DNA of 64,000 nt from an uncultured Thermoplasmatales archaeon (GCA_964406955.1 CAYOTP010000001.1:5240-69239), one strand, 5' to 3'; positions 27,785-38,708 are shown, counted from the stretch's first letter. Numbers and translations: made by a program. Notes: generated by a model from the letters alone, not told the origin.

Positions 27785-28588
27785 TTAAAAGGAAATCGGA
27801 ACAATTTGGTCGGGATAGACTCTAATTCCATTATTTGTTATTTCCATTGAAACAATTTTTTTCACATGTTTTCCATATCTCATTTTCAAGATTTCCACTG
27901 CATTTTTTCGCTGTTGATCTATTTTGGCATTGTATAAAACAATGATTCCATCTGCAAGGAATTCTTCGATTCCGGAATCACTAAATCTAGTAGGCAATGG
28001 ATCTGTTTCGCTGATCAATAATGATGTCGCTCCGGTATCCTCAAAGAATGAGAAAAGTTGCTGAAGATATACTCGATAATTTTTTTCCTTTGTTACCGAC
28101 GCAGCAATAACTGCACTGAGAGAATCAACGACAATAACATCGGGTTCAAATCCCTTTGGGATAACCAACGGTTTGATTTTATAAGAAAGCTCTGTAGCAG
28201 ATCCTGAACCTCCAAGGGAACCAAATTTCATCCTTAGTATATCTAATGGATTTATGTTCTGAATGAGAAAATCTCCATTTTCAACAGCATCGTTCACGTG
28301 CCATCCAAAAGATTCGATACTTTGCACGATTCGATCTTTTCCTTCCTCAAAGCTTACATACATACATCGTTTACCCTGTTGTATCTGATTAACGCATATT
28401 TGTCGACAAAACGTACTCTTTCCGGTACCTGGTCCACCAGCAACCATAATAGAGCTTCCTCTAGGGATTCCCCCTTTTTCAAATAATTCATCAAAGCCAG
28501 GGATATTAGTTTTTAGGATAGGTTGCTTATGGTCCGAATCGTTTGGTATTTCAGTTTCATACATGGTAACATCAATTTCTTCGTTCAA
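27785..28588 (-). CDS. KaiC-like RecA-superfamily ATPase (second paralogue)
   Basis: Walker A MVAGGPGTGKSTFC. VVDSLSAV. KMRYGKHVKK...ITNNGIRV. Confidence 0.7.
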   Translation of the reverse strand: MNEEIDVTMYETEIPNDSDHKQPILKTNIPGFDELFEKGGIPRGSSIMVAGGPGTGKSTFCRQICVNQIQQGKRCMYVSFEEGKDRIVQSIESFGWHVNDAVENGDFLIQNINPLDILRMKFGSLGGSGSATELSYKIKPLVIPKGFEPDVIVVDSLSAVIAASVTKEKNYRVYLQQLFSFFEDTGATSLLISETDPLPTRFSDSGIEEFLADGIIVLYNAKIDQQRKNAVEILKMRYGKHVKKIVSMEITNNGIRVYPDQIVPISF

Positions 28589-28739
28589 TCATCACTTAAA
28601 TAGATATAATGCATTTAATTTTATTCTTAAAGAAAGGCAATAATGTAATACGTACCATAATATAACTATTGCTTATTATTGAATTATTGATGGTTATTTG
28701 AATTATTAGCGGGGTCGTAGGTCGTTATGAACCTATGTA

Positions 28740-29606
28740 CTAAGTCTTTTTAGGATACTGCATGATGGTCCCGACTCCAATTTGAACTTCAATTTCAACA
28801 AGTTCAATGTTAACAGAAAGAAGTCTAGACCCATCCGTTGAAATATTGATAAATGAATTATCATAATCCGTTGTTATTGTTATATTTTCAATTTTCAACC
28901 AGTTGATTGATTGATTCCATGCATCGACAAAATTTGAATATATCTTAATATTGGAAATGTCTTCATAACCTCTCGATTCATTGGAGGCAAATTTTGTCCT
29001 AATATAACAACTTTTGTATCCTTCTGCAGAATCTTTTCCACCAATATAGCTAAAATTATATATTGTCCAATTAAAATAAATAGTACTACTGCTGTTTTGG
29101 AAGGTAACTGGTGGATGGATCTTCATCGCTTCACCACCATCATCTTGAGATAAGACAACTCCGCCACCTTCAAGGATATAATTCTGATTTATATAATACG
29201 CATTTACTGACTGAAATTCAATTGCATTAAAATTAATTGAAATCTCTGAACCCGTGGAATTAGTAATAATCACATGAGTATCATCATCAATCACATGGAG
29301 TAGACCAAAGGCACGAGCAGTGACAAAATAGGGGAGCTCTCGACTACCAAGGGTTATAGAACTGGAAATTGGATCAGACCCTCTAATCGATGATTGAAGA
29401 TCGATAATTGATTTTAAATGAGAAAACTGGTTTTCAACTATATCCATATGATCTGCTTCCCTTTGTCTCATGATTTCAGGGATATAAACAAGTTGAATTG
29501 TAGAGATGATGATTGCTACCAATGCAACAAGAAGCAATGCTTCGATAACACCAGCAACTGCGGTATTTTGTTTGATTATCTTTCTTTTACTCATCTTCTT
29601 TACCAT
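28740..29606 (-). CDS. surface glycoprotein with N-terminal class-III-signal-like (type IV pilin-like) hydrophobic segment
   Basis: N-terminus MVKKMSKRKIIKQNTAVAGVIEALLLVALVAIIISTI (basic, then A/G, then hydrophobic helix). The extracellular part has at least 8 N-x-S/T sequons and is beta-rich. Confidence 0.45.
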   Translation of the reverse strand: MVKKMSKRKIIKQNTAVAGVIEALLLVALVAIIISTIQLVYIPEIMRQREADHMDIVENQFSHLKSIIDLQSSIRGSDPISSSITLGSRELPYFVTARAFGLLHVIDDDTHVIITNSTGSEISINFNAIEFQSVNAYYINQNYILEGGGVVLSQDDGGEAMKIHPPVTFQNSSSTIYFNWTIYNFSYIGGKDSAEGYKSCYIRTKFASNESRGYEDISNIKIYSNFVDAWNQSINWLKIENITITTDYDNSFINISTDGSRLLSVNIELVEIEVQIGVGTIMQYPKKT

Positions 29607-29742
29607 CCACCTTCATTAAGACCTATGTAAATACCCTTTTATATTTATTTCTTGGTAATTTCATCGATTTGGTAAACTTAATGAAGTTCCTTTTTATTAG
29701 GATTGATATAAACAATTCTGATTAAAGAGGTGGAAAAAGAGA

Positions 29743-31008
29743 ATGGGTATGACCTTTGTAGAAAAAATATTAGCTACTTATGCAAAACAAGAGAAAACAA
29801 TTCCTGGTCAAATTGTGACCGTTCATCCAGATCATTTACTAACTCATGATAATACAGCAGCTATCGTCCAAAAAATTCCTGATGAATTGGCCAAATATGG
29901 TATAGCTTCAACAGACCTTCCCATCATAGTTATTGATCATGTGGTTCCAGCTGCATCTGAAAAAACTGCATTGAATCATAAAAATATCCGGGAATTTGTA
30001 AATGCTCATCATGTAAAATATTTTTATGATGGTGGTGAAGGGATTTGTCATCAAGTGGCAGTTGAAAAAGGATTGGCACTTCCCGGGAAAATCGTGCTTG
30101 GAAGTGATTCTCATACCTGTTCATATGGGGCAATAGGTGCGTTTTCATCAGGAATCGATCGGACGGAAGCTGCAGCCTTATTACTGACTGGTCTAACCTG
30201 GTTAAAAGTACCACAAAGTATCAAAATTACTTTGGAAAACGATTTACCATTTGGTGTTTTTGCTAAAGATCTCATATTACACATTATTGGTGATATTTCT
30301 TCAGCTGGGGCAACATATTGTTCAGTTGAATACCATGGTTCCACTGACCAATTAACTGTTGATGACCGATTCACCATAGCAAATATGGGTGTTGAAATGG
30401 GGGCAAAAAACTCCGTATTCTTCGTTGATGAGATAACAAAACGCTACTTATCATCAATAGGCGTAAAAGAAAATACATATTCTGCAGTATATGCAGATGA
30501 TGATGCAACTTATGAGCAGAATCGTTCTTATGATCTTTCAACAGTTGTTCCCATGGTTTCCAAGCCGCATACAGTCGACAATGTTTCTCCCGCAGCCTCA
30601 TTAAAAGATAAAAAAATTCAGCAATGCCTTATTGGAACATGTACCAATGGACGTTTTTCAGATTTGCAAATTGCTGCTGATATACTAAAAGGAAAAAGAA
30701 TTCATGATAGTGTTCGACTTATTGTTCTTCCAGCATCAAAGTCAATTTTACAACAAGCACTAACACAAGGTATTATTCAAATCCTTGTTGATGCTGGTGC
30801 AATGATCCTTCCACCTGGCTGTGGACCTTGTCTTGGTGCTCACCAAGGAGTCTTGGCACCTGGTGAACGTTGCTTAAGTACAGCTAACCGAAATTTCAAA
30901 GGAAGAATGGGATCAAAGGACGCTGAGATTTATCTAGCAAGTCCTGCTACCGTAGCAGCCTCAGCTTTAACAGGTCATATCACAGATCCTAGGGCGGTGA
31001 TGAACTAA
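29743..31008 (+). CDS. leuC: 3-isopropylmalate/homoaconitate dehydratase large subunit (aconitase family)
   Basis: Aconitase-family Cys ligands (GSDSHTC ... CTNGR ... PGCGPCLG). 421 aa. Confidence 0.85.
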   Translation: MGMTFVEKILATYAKQEKTIPGQIVTVHPDHLLTHDNTAAIVQKIPDELAKYGIASTDLPIIVIDHVVPAASEKTALNHKNIREFVNAHHVKYFYDGGEGICHQVAVEKGLALPGKIVLGSDSHTCSYGAIGAFSSGIDRTEAAALLLTGLTWLKVPQSIKITLENDLPFGVFAKDLILHIIGDISSAGATYCSVEYHGSTDQLTVDDRFTIANMGVEMGAKNSVFFVDEITKRYLSSIGVKENTYSAVYADDDATYEQNRSYDLSTVVPMVSKPHTVDNVSPAASLKDKKIQQCLIGTCTNGRFSDLQIAADILKGKRIHDSVRLIVLPASKSILQQALTQGIIQILVDAGAMILPPGCGPCLGAHQGVLAPGERCLSTANRNFKGRMGSKDAEIYLASPATVAASALTGHITDPRAVMN

Positions 31009-31499
31009 TGGCGGTTTGGAAGTATGGCGATGACATTAATACAGATATGTTATTTCCGGGAAAATACACCTATACATGCAGTACTCCAGAAGAAATTAAA
31101 CCACATCTTTTGGAAGATTTAGATGGCTCTTTTGCACAGAATGTGCAACCGGGTGACATCATTTTTGCAGGGAATAATTTTGGTTGTGGGAGTAGCCGTG
31201 AACAACCGGTTGTTGGATTGAAAGCAGTTGGTATCAAAGCAGTTATTGCAAAAAGTTTTGCCCGAATTTTTTATCGATCTGCTATTAATCAGGGATTGCT
31301 TTTGATTGAATCTTCGAAAGCAGTGGATTCATATAAACCGGGAGATGCCGTAACGGTTGATGTTGACAATGGAATCATTTGTGTTGGAGATAATGAATTT
31401 CATTTTCCCCAGCTACCTCAAGAGATCATTGCAATTCAAAAGGCCGGTGGCCTTTTACCGTATGTTCGTAAATTATTAAAAGAAAAAAATAGGAACTAA
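31008..31499 (+). CDS. leuD: 3-isopropylmalate/homoaconitate dehydratase small subunit
   Basis: Swivel-domain pattern (GDDINTDMLFPGKY ... GCGSSREQ). Start overlaps the leuC stop (ATGA-type coupling). Confidence 0.85.
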   Translation: MAVWKYGDDINTDMLFPGKYTYTCSTPEEIKPHLLEDLDGSFAQNVQPGDIIFAGNNFGCGSSREQPVVGLKAVGIKAVIAKSFARIFYRSAINQGLLLIESSKAVDSYKPGDAVTVDVDNGIICVGDNEFHFPQLPQEIIAIQKAGGLLPYVRKLLKEKNRN

Positions 31500-31540
31500 T
31501 GGTGGTATTGGTAACTCTTTTTTCTTCCCCTCTTTTTAAT

Positions 31541-32047
31541 TCATTTATATTCTGGGAATATTCCTTTGATATATTCTTTTGCCAACTGTTTGTAAATCTT
31601 AGCGTTTTCTTGAGCTTGTTTTTGAAAAAGTTTGTCTTGTTTGACGATTTTTCCAGGAACTCCAAGGACTAGACTATTTTCAGGAACCGTTGTATCTTGT
31701 GTAACCAATGCATTGGCACCAATGATTGATCCCTTTTTGATTAAGGCTCCACTTAGAATTGTGGCATGAATTCCGATGATACAATCCTTTTCAATGGTTG
31801 CTCCGTGAACCATAGCACAGTGTCCAAGACTTACATTATCTGAGATCTTTGTAGCATGTTCTGAATCCACATGAATGACGCAACAATCTTGGATATTTGA
31901 TCCATCACCTATTGATATTTTATTTTCATCACCTCGGATGACTGCCTGGGGAAAAACACTGGATTTTTCACCTATAGAAACATTTCCAATGATTGTGGCA
32001 GTCGGATGGATGAATGCGCTTTTATGGATATTTATCGTTGATGTCAT
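31541..32047 (-). CDS. gamma-carbonic-anhydrase-family left-handed beta-helix (hexapeptide) protein
   Basis: Hexapeptide repeats with His ligands (IHPTATIIGNVSIGEKSSVFPQAVIRGD ... HCAMVHGATIE). Confidence 0.8.
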   Translation of the reverse strand: MTSTINIHKSAFIHPTATIIGNVSIGEKSSVFPQAVIRGDENKISIGDGSNIQDCCVIHVDSEHATKISDNVSLGHCAMVHGATIEKDCIIGIHATILSGALIKKGSIIGANALVTQDTTVPENSLVLGVPGKIVKQDKLFQKQAQENAKIYKQLAKEYIKGIFPEYK

Positions 32048-32350
32048 GTGGATAAGGTTGATTGTACAGTCGTTTTTTAATTTTTTGATAAATATACTTT
32101 GCCTGTTTCATGATGAAATTGTTTAGAGAATATCTAAAATTTTGTTAAAAAACAAAAATTTGAAATATGACAAATGATATCAAGATATTTTGGTTTTGGG
32201 ATTGGAACATATCAGTGAGAGAAGCTTTCGATGTTATCCGCTGAGGAAACAGCTACAGTGGTCAAAATATGTCTTAGCATGTTTTTTGTCTTTTTTTGAT
32301 TCTGAATTTTTGTCATCATTAAAAAATGTTGATCTGGGGCGATCAACGAT

Positions 32351-32881
32351 ATGGATTTAAAATGGAAAGTAGGATTTGCTATAGCAGCAGCTGCAGGTTT
32401 TGTGGTACTATTATTTAGTTTGTATGAAGTATTAATCGTTGTATACCTGATAGAATCATGGTTCCAAGTATTGATTGCATTCAGTATTGTTAGTATAGTT
32501 TTGATTCTTTTCAAATATTGGTTTTCTAAAATAGAAATGGATTCCGTTACCGTATTCGAAAAAACATTGCAGGGAGAATTGTATCATTTTAAATGTCAGC
32601 GGTGTTATGGGGTTTTTGCGGTCAAAGAATCCCGGAAAAACGATATTCATTTGCTTACGTTAACATGTCCCATCTGTGGATCGATTGGTCGGATTTCACC
32701 TCATCCTCCTCGGCTAATAGATCGAATTCCAACTGAAAAATCACCCTGCGTATCTTTTTTGTGTAAAACATGTAATGAACGACTGAATATTTGGGCTGAA
32801 GGAGCCACTCTTTCAGAAGAAATCTTTATTTTTTCCTGTCCTTATTGTGGAAGTAAAAGACAGATGAAACGTCAGTTATAG
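32351..32881 (+). CDS. membrane protein with two N-terminal TM helices and a double zinc-ribbon (4 CxxC pairs)
   Basis: CQRC...CPIC and CKTC...CPYC spacing after a hydrophobic N-terminus. Confidence 0.45.
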   Translation: MDLKWKVGFAIAAAAGFVVLLFSLYEVLIVVYLIESWFQVLIAFSIVSIVLILFKYWFSKIEMDSVTVFEKTLQGELYHFKCQRCYGVFAVKESRKNDIHLLTLTCPICGSIGRISPHPPRLIDRIPTEKSPCVSFLCKTCNERLNIWAEGATLSEEIFIFSCPYCGSKRQMKRQL

Positions 32882-32882
32882 T

Positions 32883-34766
32883 TCATTTTTTTGTTTTTAT
32901 CTTATGTCTCATGTTTACCGCTTCACCGTATGATCTACTCATCATTTCCGATCCATTCATATTCGCAAGACCAACTCCAAGGTATGAATCTCCTTGAATG
33001 ACGATGACGTCATCTCCTCTTCGAATGTCTGGATCGCAAGAAATGATTCCTGGTGCAAGAATGGATCCTTTCACTGTGAAACCTGTTTCGATGGATACGA
33101 TATATTTATTGAAATGGCTGATTCGTTTCCCTCCTTCAGCTGTAAGAGATATCAATCCTCTTTGATCAGGAATCATCCCAATTTGCTGATGATGTTCATC
33201 AAAGATTTTTAGATAAGGATATTTTCCACTAATGACACACTGTTTTAATAGACCCGAAGAAAGTCTATTTCCGAACTGATACGTGGCAATTGCGTTAACC
33301 TGCTGAATTTTTTGTTCTGATTTTGAAATATTTTTATAGCTTTTAACCGCCATAAGCTCATTAAGAATTTTGGTTAATCGTTGTAACGCTTTTTTTGATG
33401 TGGCCGGTTCATTGTTCAGACTATTCTTCCAGATATCTTTTTTATCTTTTGGCGGATATACAAGATCTTCTGGAAGATGGGAGACGATAGCATCGTAATT
33501 ATTTTGTTGTAGAAAGGTTTCAAGTTGTGTTTGGATCATCTGTTTTTCATCTTCAAACCAGGTTCCGGTAACTGAGATATCATATGATGATGCAGGGAAT
33601 GTAAGTTCAAGTTCTCGAGGAACCAGGCCAAGTGGTGAGGTCACAATAACCTCATGGATAATTGAATGGTTTGGTACTTTTGATATGCATTGATAAAAAC
33701 GTTGATGGCTTTTTGAAAAAGAGTAAGGTTTTTTTGCTGAGCAAGGCAGTAGCAACAATATTTTCTTTGCAGCTGGTTTTTGATATCTTGTGAGTAAACG
33801 TTTTTGAAATCGGATGATTTCTGGGCGAAAGCCTGCTTCTCTACTTGTTACTTTTAGTGTATATGAAGTAGGCATGGATACGGGTGATCGTTGTTCGAGA
33901 TATTCGCTTTTTAGATTGTCTAGGTATCTAAGGATGGTGATAAGGTGAGGGTTTACCCGGATTCGTTGTTCCACAAGATCTCTTAGTAGATGATTGTTTA
34001 TTGCATTTCTAATATTGAGGAGTTCTTGATGTAACATAAAATAGTTGTGTTGCAAGATCTGATTATAAGAAAATTCTTTTGGAAGAGCTGTTGTTTGTGA
34101 ACATATTGGACATGGGCAAGGATTCTCATAAAGATCATGTATCTTAGTCACAGTATGGGGGAGAAAGAATTGTTGATGTCGGGCTGCAAGTATTGCGCCG
34201 GTTGCATCAAAAAGGTCACAACCTAAGTAAGTAAGAAGTGCCATGGTTGATGGATTTGCTACTGTAGGGATATATATCAATGAATCATAGTGGATTGATG
34301 ATCGGAGAGTAGTAAGATATGAAACGAGTTTTTTTGCATTATTGAACAATTGTGATGCATTTGACACAATGAAAAGAGAGGCATTTTTAGAGAAATCTTT
34401 TTTTTTAATAATTTCTTCGTTTGAAGGAAGTACGGTGATGTGGTTATGTTTTTGACTATCTTGCTGATAGATACAAGTTTGAAAAGAGGTAGGTAGCGAT
34501 TCAGGAATGATGATATGATCTTTAATCATACATTGATGAGATGCTTTTGATTGAGGAATGGTGAAAAAAATACTTGGTCCTACTTGGATGCATGGGTTTT
34601 TTTCATATGATGGTTCAATTGTCTTAATGAAACAATCTGCATATGTTGGTGGATGATACCTTTCAGATGCTACATAAAAGATAGTGGGTGTAAGAACCTT
34701 TGATTCGTTGATGCTAAGGATACCTGTTTGTGCAGGCCCGTCTGAAGTTAAACATTGAAATTTCAT
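32883..34766 (-). CDS. tgtA: archaeosine tRNA-guanine transglycosylase (TGT catalytic domain plus C-terminal extension with PUA)
   Basis: TGT barrel motifs (LGCDLFD ... zinc site CPCPICS). 627 aa with a C-terminal PUA-like end (GDDVIVIQGDSYLGVGLA). Confidence 0.8.
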   Translation of the reverse strand: MKFQCLTSDGPAQTGILSINESKVLTPTIFYVASERYHPPTYADCFIKTIEPSYEKNPCIQVGPSIFFTIPQSKASHQCMIKDHIIIPESLPTSFQTCIYQQDSQKHNHITVLPSNEEIIKKKDFSKNASLFIVSNASQLFNNAKKLVSYLTTLRSSIHYDSLIYIPTVANPSTMALLTYLGCDLFDATGAILAARHQQFFLPHTVTKIHDLYENPCPCPICSQTTALPKEFSYNQILQHNYFMLHQELLNIRNAINNHLLRDLVEQRIRVNPHLITILRYLDNLKSEYLEQRSPVSMPTSYTLKVTSREAGFRPEIIRFQKRLLTRYQKPAAKKILLLLPCSAKKPYSFSKSHQRFYQCISKVPNHSIIHEVIVTSPLGLVPRELELTFPASSYDISVTGTWFEDEKQMIQTQLETFLQQNNYDAIVSHLPEDLVYPPKDKKDIWKNSLNNEPATSKKALQRLTKILNELMAVKSYKNISKSEQKIQQVNAIATYQFGNRLSSGLLKQCVISGKYPYLKIFDEHHQQIGMIPDQRGLISLTAEGGKRISHFNKYIVSIETGFTVKGSILAPGIISCDPDIRRGDDVIVIQGDSYLGVGLANMNGSEMMSRSYGEAVNMRHKIKTKK

Positions 34767-34839
34767 AATGATTCCGGTAAACGAGATGTTGTTTCTTATG
34801 ATTTGCCATCCATGGATAAAATGATGAAAAATAAGTGTA

Positions 34840-36390
34840 TCAGTGTCTAAAATATCGTTGACCTGTAAACACCATGGTGATATCCTGTTCGTTTGCTGCA
34901 GCGATAACTTCGTCGTCTCGGATACTTCCGCCTGGTTGAATAATGGCGTCTACCCCGGCTTCTGCAGCAAGATCAACTGCGTCTCTAAAAGGGAAAAACG
35001 CATCACTGGCAAGAATTGAATGTTTGATATTATCTTTTCCTTTATGGGTGGCAATCCATGTTGCATCTACTCGGGCGGTTTGCCCCCCTCCAATGCCAAC
35101 GGTCCGTGTTCCCTTTACAAAGACCACTGAGTTAGATTTCACATGTTTTACACATCTTACTGCAAACTCCATGGAAATTAATTGATCCCTTGTTGGTTTT
35201 TTTTCCGTCACTATCTTATATTCATCAGGTGGAGTCATGTTCACATCACGCTCCTGGCAAAGAAACCCGCCGACGACACTACGAAATACCATCCCTTTTC
35301 TAGTGATTTGCTGTTTGATCCCTGGAATGGAGAGCAGGCGTAGGTTTTTCTTTTTTGCAAATACTTTTTTTGCTTCCTCAGTGTAATCCGGAGCGATGAT
35401 AACTTCTAAAAATAATTTCCCCAATTCTTCAGCTACATCTTTTCCAACTGTTCTGTTGAATGCAACAATTCCTCCAAAAGGTGAATAAATATCTGTTGAA
35501 AACGCGTCTTTCCATGCTTTTAATATGGTCTTTGCACTGGCGATCCCGCAGGGAGTTGCATGTTTAATGATAACACAAGTAGGTTCGGAGAATTCTTTGA
35601 TTGCTTCAATAGCTCCATCGCTATCAAAGATATTGTTATAGGATAATGCTTTTCCTTGTAATTGTGAGGCTGTGGCGATACAGGGTTCATTTATCTTTGG
35701 AAGCGTTAGATAGAATCCACCTTTTAAATGGGGGTTTTCCCCATAACGCATATCTTGTTTTTTCCGTAAAGCTATGGTATTGTTATAAGGCAATACTTCA
35801 TTGGTCCACCGGGATCGTAAATATTGGGAGATAATAGCATCATATTGGGCAGTATGTGAGAATGCTTCCAATGCTAAGTGTTCCCTATCTTCCAATGGCA
35901 GTGTATTTTTTTGTTTTAATTGTGTTGCGATATGATCGTATTGTTTAGGGGAAGTTACGATAATGACATCTTGATAGTTTTTTGCTGCTGCTCGTATTAA
36001 AGTTGGTCCGCCGATATCGATGTTTTCGATGACCTCTGTGAGTGAAACATGTGGTTTTTTAATGGTTTCTTCAAAAGGATAAAGGTTACAAACCACCATA
36101 TCGACAGGGAAAATATCATGTTGTTGTAAGGTTTTCATGTGGGCGGTATTTGTTCGCTGTGCAAGGATTCCCGCATGAATCTTGGGATGTAATGTTTTCA
36201 CTCGTCCATCTAACATTTCTGGAAAACCCGTTATTGAGTTTATCGAAAGATGGGGTACATCATTCTTTTTTAAAAGAGACGCAGTTCCCCCGGTAGAAAT
36301 AATTTCGATGTTTAAAGAACTCAATGCTTTTGAGAAGTCACCTAACCCTGTTTTATCTGAAACACTTATTAAGGCTCTTTTCACACTCAT
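34840..36390 (-). CDS. purH: bifunctional AICAR formyltransferase / IMP cyclohydrolase
   Basis: MGS-like N-terminus starting at MSVKRALISVSDKTGL (internal Met of the tracked ORF). AICARFT C-terminal domain. Confidence 0.85.
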   Translation of the reverse strand: MSVKRALISVSDKTGLGDFSKALSSLNIEIISTGGTASLLKKNDVPHLSINSITGFPEMLDGRVKTLHPKIHAGILAQRTNTAHMKTLQQHDIFPVDMVVCNLYPFEETIKKPHVSLTEVIENIDIGGPTLIRAAAKNYQDVIIVTSPKQYDHIATQLKQKNTLPLEDREHLALEAFSHTAQYDAIISQYLRSRWTNEVLPYNNTIALRKKQDMRYGENPHLKGGFYLTLPKINEPCIATASQLQGKALSYNNIFDSDGAIEAIKEFSEPTCVIIKHATPCGIASAKTILKAWKDAFSTDIYSPFGGIVAFNRTVGKDVAEELGKLFLEVIIAPDYTEEAKKVFAKKKNLRLLSIPGIKQQITRKGMVFRSVVGGFLCQERDVNMTPPDEYKIVTEKKPTRDQLISMEFAVRCVKHVKSNSVVFVKGTRTVGIGGGQTARVDATWIATHKGKDNIKHSILASDAFFPFRDAVDLAAEAGVDAIIQPGGSIRDDEVIAAANEQDITMVFTGQRYFRH

Positions 36391-36437
36391 TACTGTTACC
36401 CAGCAAGCATATACCAGCAACTCATAAACGTTTGGGT

Positions 36438-37271
36438 TTATTTACTTTTTTCGTTTTTGATTGCTTCTTGCAAACTCATTTTCCCCTCCAAAACATTTCT
36501 AGCCTGCTGTTGAGTTATGGAAAATTGACCGTTGGTCATCTGACGGCTTTTCTCCTGGATGTTTCGTATCGCTCCACGAGTTGGTTTTAATGGGAGTTGT
36601 CGTTGTACCCGTCCTCCTTTTAGCATTGCGATTGCTGCTGCCGCTTCACGATCTCTGTATGCTCTTTGTGTCTGTTGGGAGGATGTTGTTTTACTTTCAT
36701 CTACTATTTCAATTGGTATTTGGAGAGGTATCAATGAATTAATGATCCGATTTCTGATAAGAAGTGAGCCATGACCAATCCGAAGCAAATATTCATGAGC
36801 CGGGTATTCTTTGATGAATCTTTTGACATTTTTACACACATTTTCAGGGGATCTCACTTGTGTTTTCACAAGTAGGATATCATCGCCAACAACAGCGATA
36901 CCTGGTTTATCCCCCGGATCAATTCCAATATATATTATCTGGTACAGTTCTTTTCCAATCAACAGATGCATAGCTTTTTCAATAGCATGATCGATGGATT
37001 CATATGCATCTGCGGCTATTACTTTGGGAGTGTTTACTTCATGTATACTTGCATGAGATGTGATGATGACCCCAATTCTATGTGGGATGTGCTGAAGTGA
37101 GGTAAGTGAGACATAGGAGATATTTCTTTTTTTAAGTCCATTGACAAGATCATGATATAATTTGAAATTCTTTGTATAAATTCCAATGGTTTTGTACGTT
37201 GGTTTACCTTTTACCAATTGATATTCTCCATTGATACGGTTTTTTTTATCGATCCCATGGTTTTTTTTCAT
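36438..37271 (-). CDS. RNase H-like fold (YqgF/RuvC-like) protein, DUF460-like putative nuclease
   Basis: IGIDPGDKPGIAVVGDD motif typical of the YqgF/RuvC resolvase-like fold. Overlaps the cca gene by 26 nt. Confidence 0.45.
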   Translation of the reverse strand: MKKNHGIDKKNRINGEYQLVKGKPTYKTIGIYTKNFKLYHDLVNGLKKRNISYVSLTSLQHIPHRIGVIITSHASIHEVNTPKVIAADAYESIDHAIEKAMHLLIGKELYQIIYIGIDPGDKPGIAVVGDDILLVKTQVRSPENVCKNVKRFIKEYPAHEYLLRIGHGSLLIRNRIINSLIPLQIPIEIVDESKTTSSQQTQRAYRDREAAAAIAMLKGGRVQRQLPLKPTRGAIRNIQEKSRQMTNGQFSITQQQARNVLEGKMSLQEAIKNEKSK

Positions 37272-38613
37272 CCAAATAAGCAGTCCAGAACAATGAAAGT
37301 TCAGGTCTGATGAGATCTACTTGGTGAAGAACTGTATACTGTTGAGAGAGGGTAGCATCAATATGTCTACCCAGACTGAAGTTTAACAGATTCTTTTTGA
37401 GATAATCTGAAAGATATCTATATGATCTTCTTACAGTAACATACATTCTTTCATTCTTTTGAAATGGTGGAGGTATTGCTGAAGGATGCTTTGTCCATTT
37501 CTCGATAAACTCTTTTGTATTTTTTTGTAGCTTAATAGGTGGTCCCATATGAGTATACGTTTCAGATAACGGTTGATCATCTGTTTTAATGATGAGGTAG
37601 ATGATATCATTTGTTATGTCGATATGAAAACAAATATCATGAATATTGAATCCTTCATTCATACTTGCTGTTTCAATTGCTTTACATGCTTTTCTAAGCT
37701 GTGGATATAAGTTTTCATTGATGATGTGTGGTTTGTTAAAACGGATGCCTACATATGAGGCAGGTTGTGAATCAAGATAATCTTTAATCTTTTGTAGGGT
37801 CCATGGGGTTAACGGACGTGGAAAGAAAAATGTTTTTTTTGGTTGACTAAGATATGACTTACACGCAGTGATGAATCGTTGAAATGAATGTGGTGAAACA
37901 GCTGCAGAAACATTTCTTTCAGGGTCGACTGGATCGATGAAAATCAACGGATCTAAAAATGATGCAATGGGATGATTAGTCAAACTGAGTTTTGTTTGTT
38001 TTTTCCAGTATTGTGCAAGGCTCAGTAATTTCTGAAAACTATTAAATTTAAGGATGAGCAGTTCACATAGATACCCTGAAAATCCTTGAATTTCTGCTTC
38101 AGCTCCATAACAATTGATGCCTTTAAGGAATTGTTTTAGCAATCTAACATCTTGTTTTTGTTTTTCTTTTAAATGATTTTTTATGTATCGAGTATGAAAT
38201 GGTGTGCGGTCAACGGCAGAGATCTTTTCTGATGCATCTGTGATTTGGTAACAGGGGACAAGTTCAACTTTATAATTCAAGAAATTTCCTCGGATATATG
38301 GATGTTCAGCATAACATTCTTCAGTTTCTGTTAGAATGTTTCTTCCAATGGATAAAGTGATTGTGGCAATCATTTTTTCAGGTGTTGTCACAGGAAAAAC
38401 AAAGAATAAATCGATATCTAGATTATTTTTTAGATAGGTATCTTTAGCGGTACTTCCCACCAATTCGATGGTAACAGGGATATCTTGTTTTTTAAGTTCT
38501 TCTTGCACCCTTTTTGAAAGTGTTGTGATGGTTTCCTTTAGTTTTTCTCTATCTAGTGGTGAAGGAGTGATTCGTTCAAGAACTTGTTTTTCTATGATCT
38601 GAAATTTATCCAT
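37246..38613 (-). CDS. cca: CCA-adding enzyme (archaeal class I tRNA nucleotidyltransferase)
   Basis: LVGSTAKDTYLKNNLDIDLFFVF pol-beta-like NT motif plus the archaeal CCA body/tail. 455 aa. Confidence 0.85.
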   Translation of the reverse strand: MDKFQIIEKQVLERITPSPLDREKLKETITTLSKRVQEELKKQDIPVTIELVGSTAKDTYLKNNLDIDLFFVFPVTTPEKMIATITLSIGRNILTETEECYAEHPYIRGNFLNYKVELVPCYQITDASEKISAVDRTPFHTRYIKNHLKEKQKQDVRLLKQFLKGINCYGAEAEIQGFSGYLCELLILKFNSFQKLLSLAQYWKKQTKLSLTNHPIASFLDPLIFIDPVDPERNVSAAVSPHSFQRFITACKSYLSQPKKTFFFPRPLTPWTLQKIKDYLDSQPASYVGIRFNKPHIINENLYPQLRKACKAIETASMNEGFNIHDICFHIDITNDIIYLIIKTDDQPLSETYTHMGPPIKLQKNTKEFIEKWTKHPSAIPPPFQKNERMYVTVRRSYRYLSDYLKKNLLNFSLGRHIDATLSQQYTVLHQVDLIRPELSLFWTAYLDEKKPWDR

Positions 38614-38708
38614 ATTAGTTCATCCATATGATTATTCTATTGTAGTGTATTATCGATTCATCAATTTGATTCTGATTCTTTTTCTCATCCGTAGGTTATT
38701 TTCTTCCA

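Noticed and set aside
32212-32514. 100-aa minus ORF overlapping the start of the double zinc-ribbon gene
   Set aside because: No motif, odd composition, and overlaps a plausible plus-strand gene and its promoter region.
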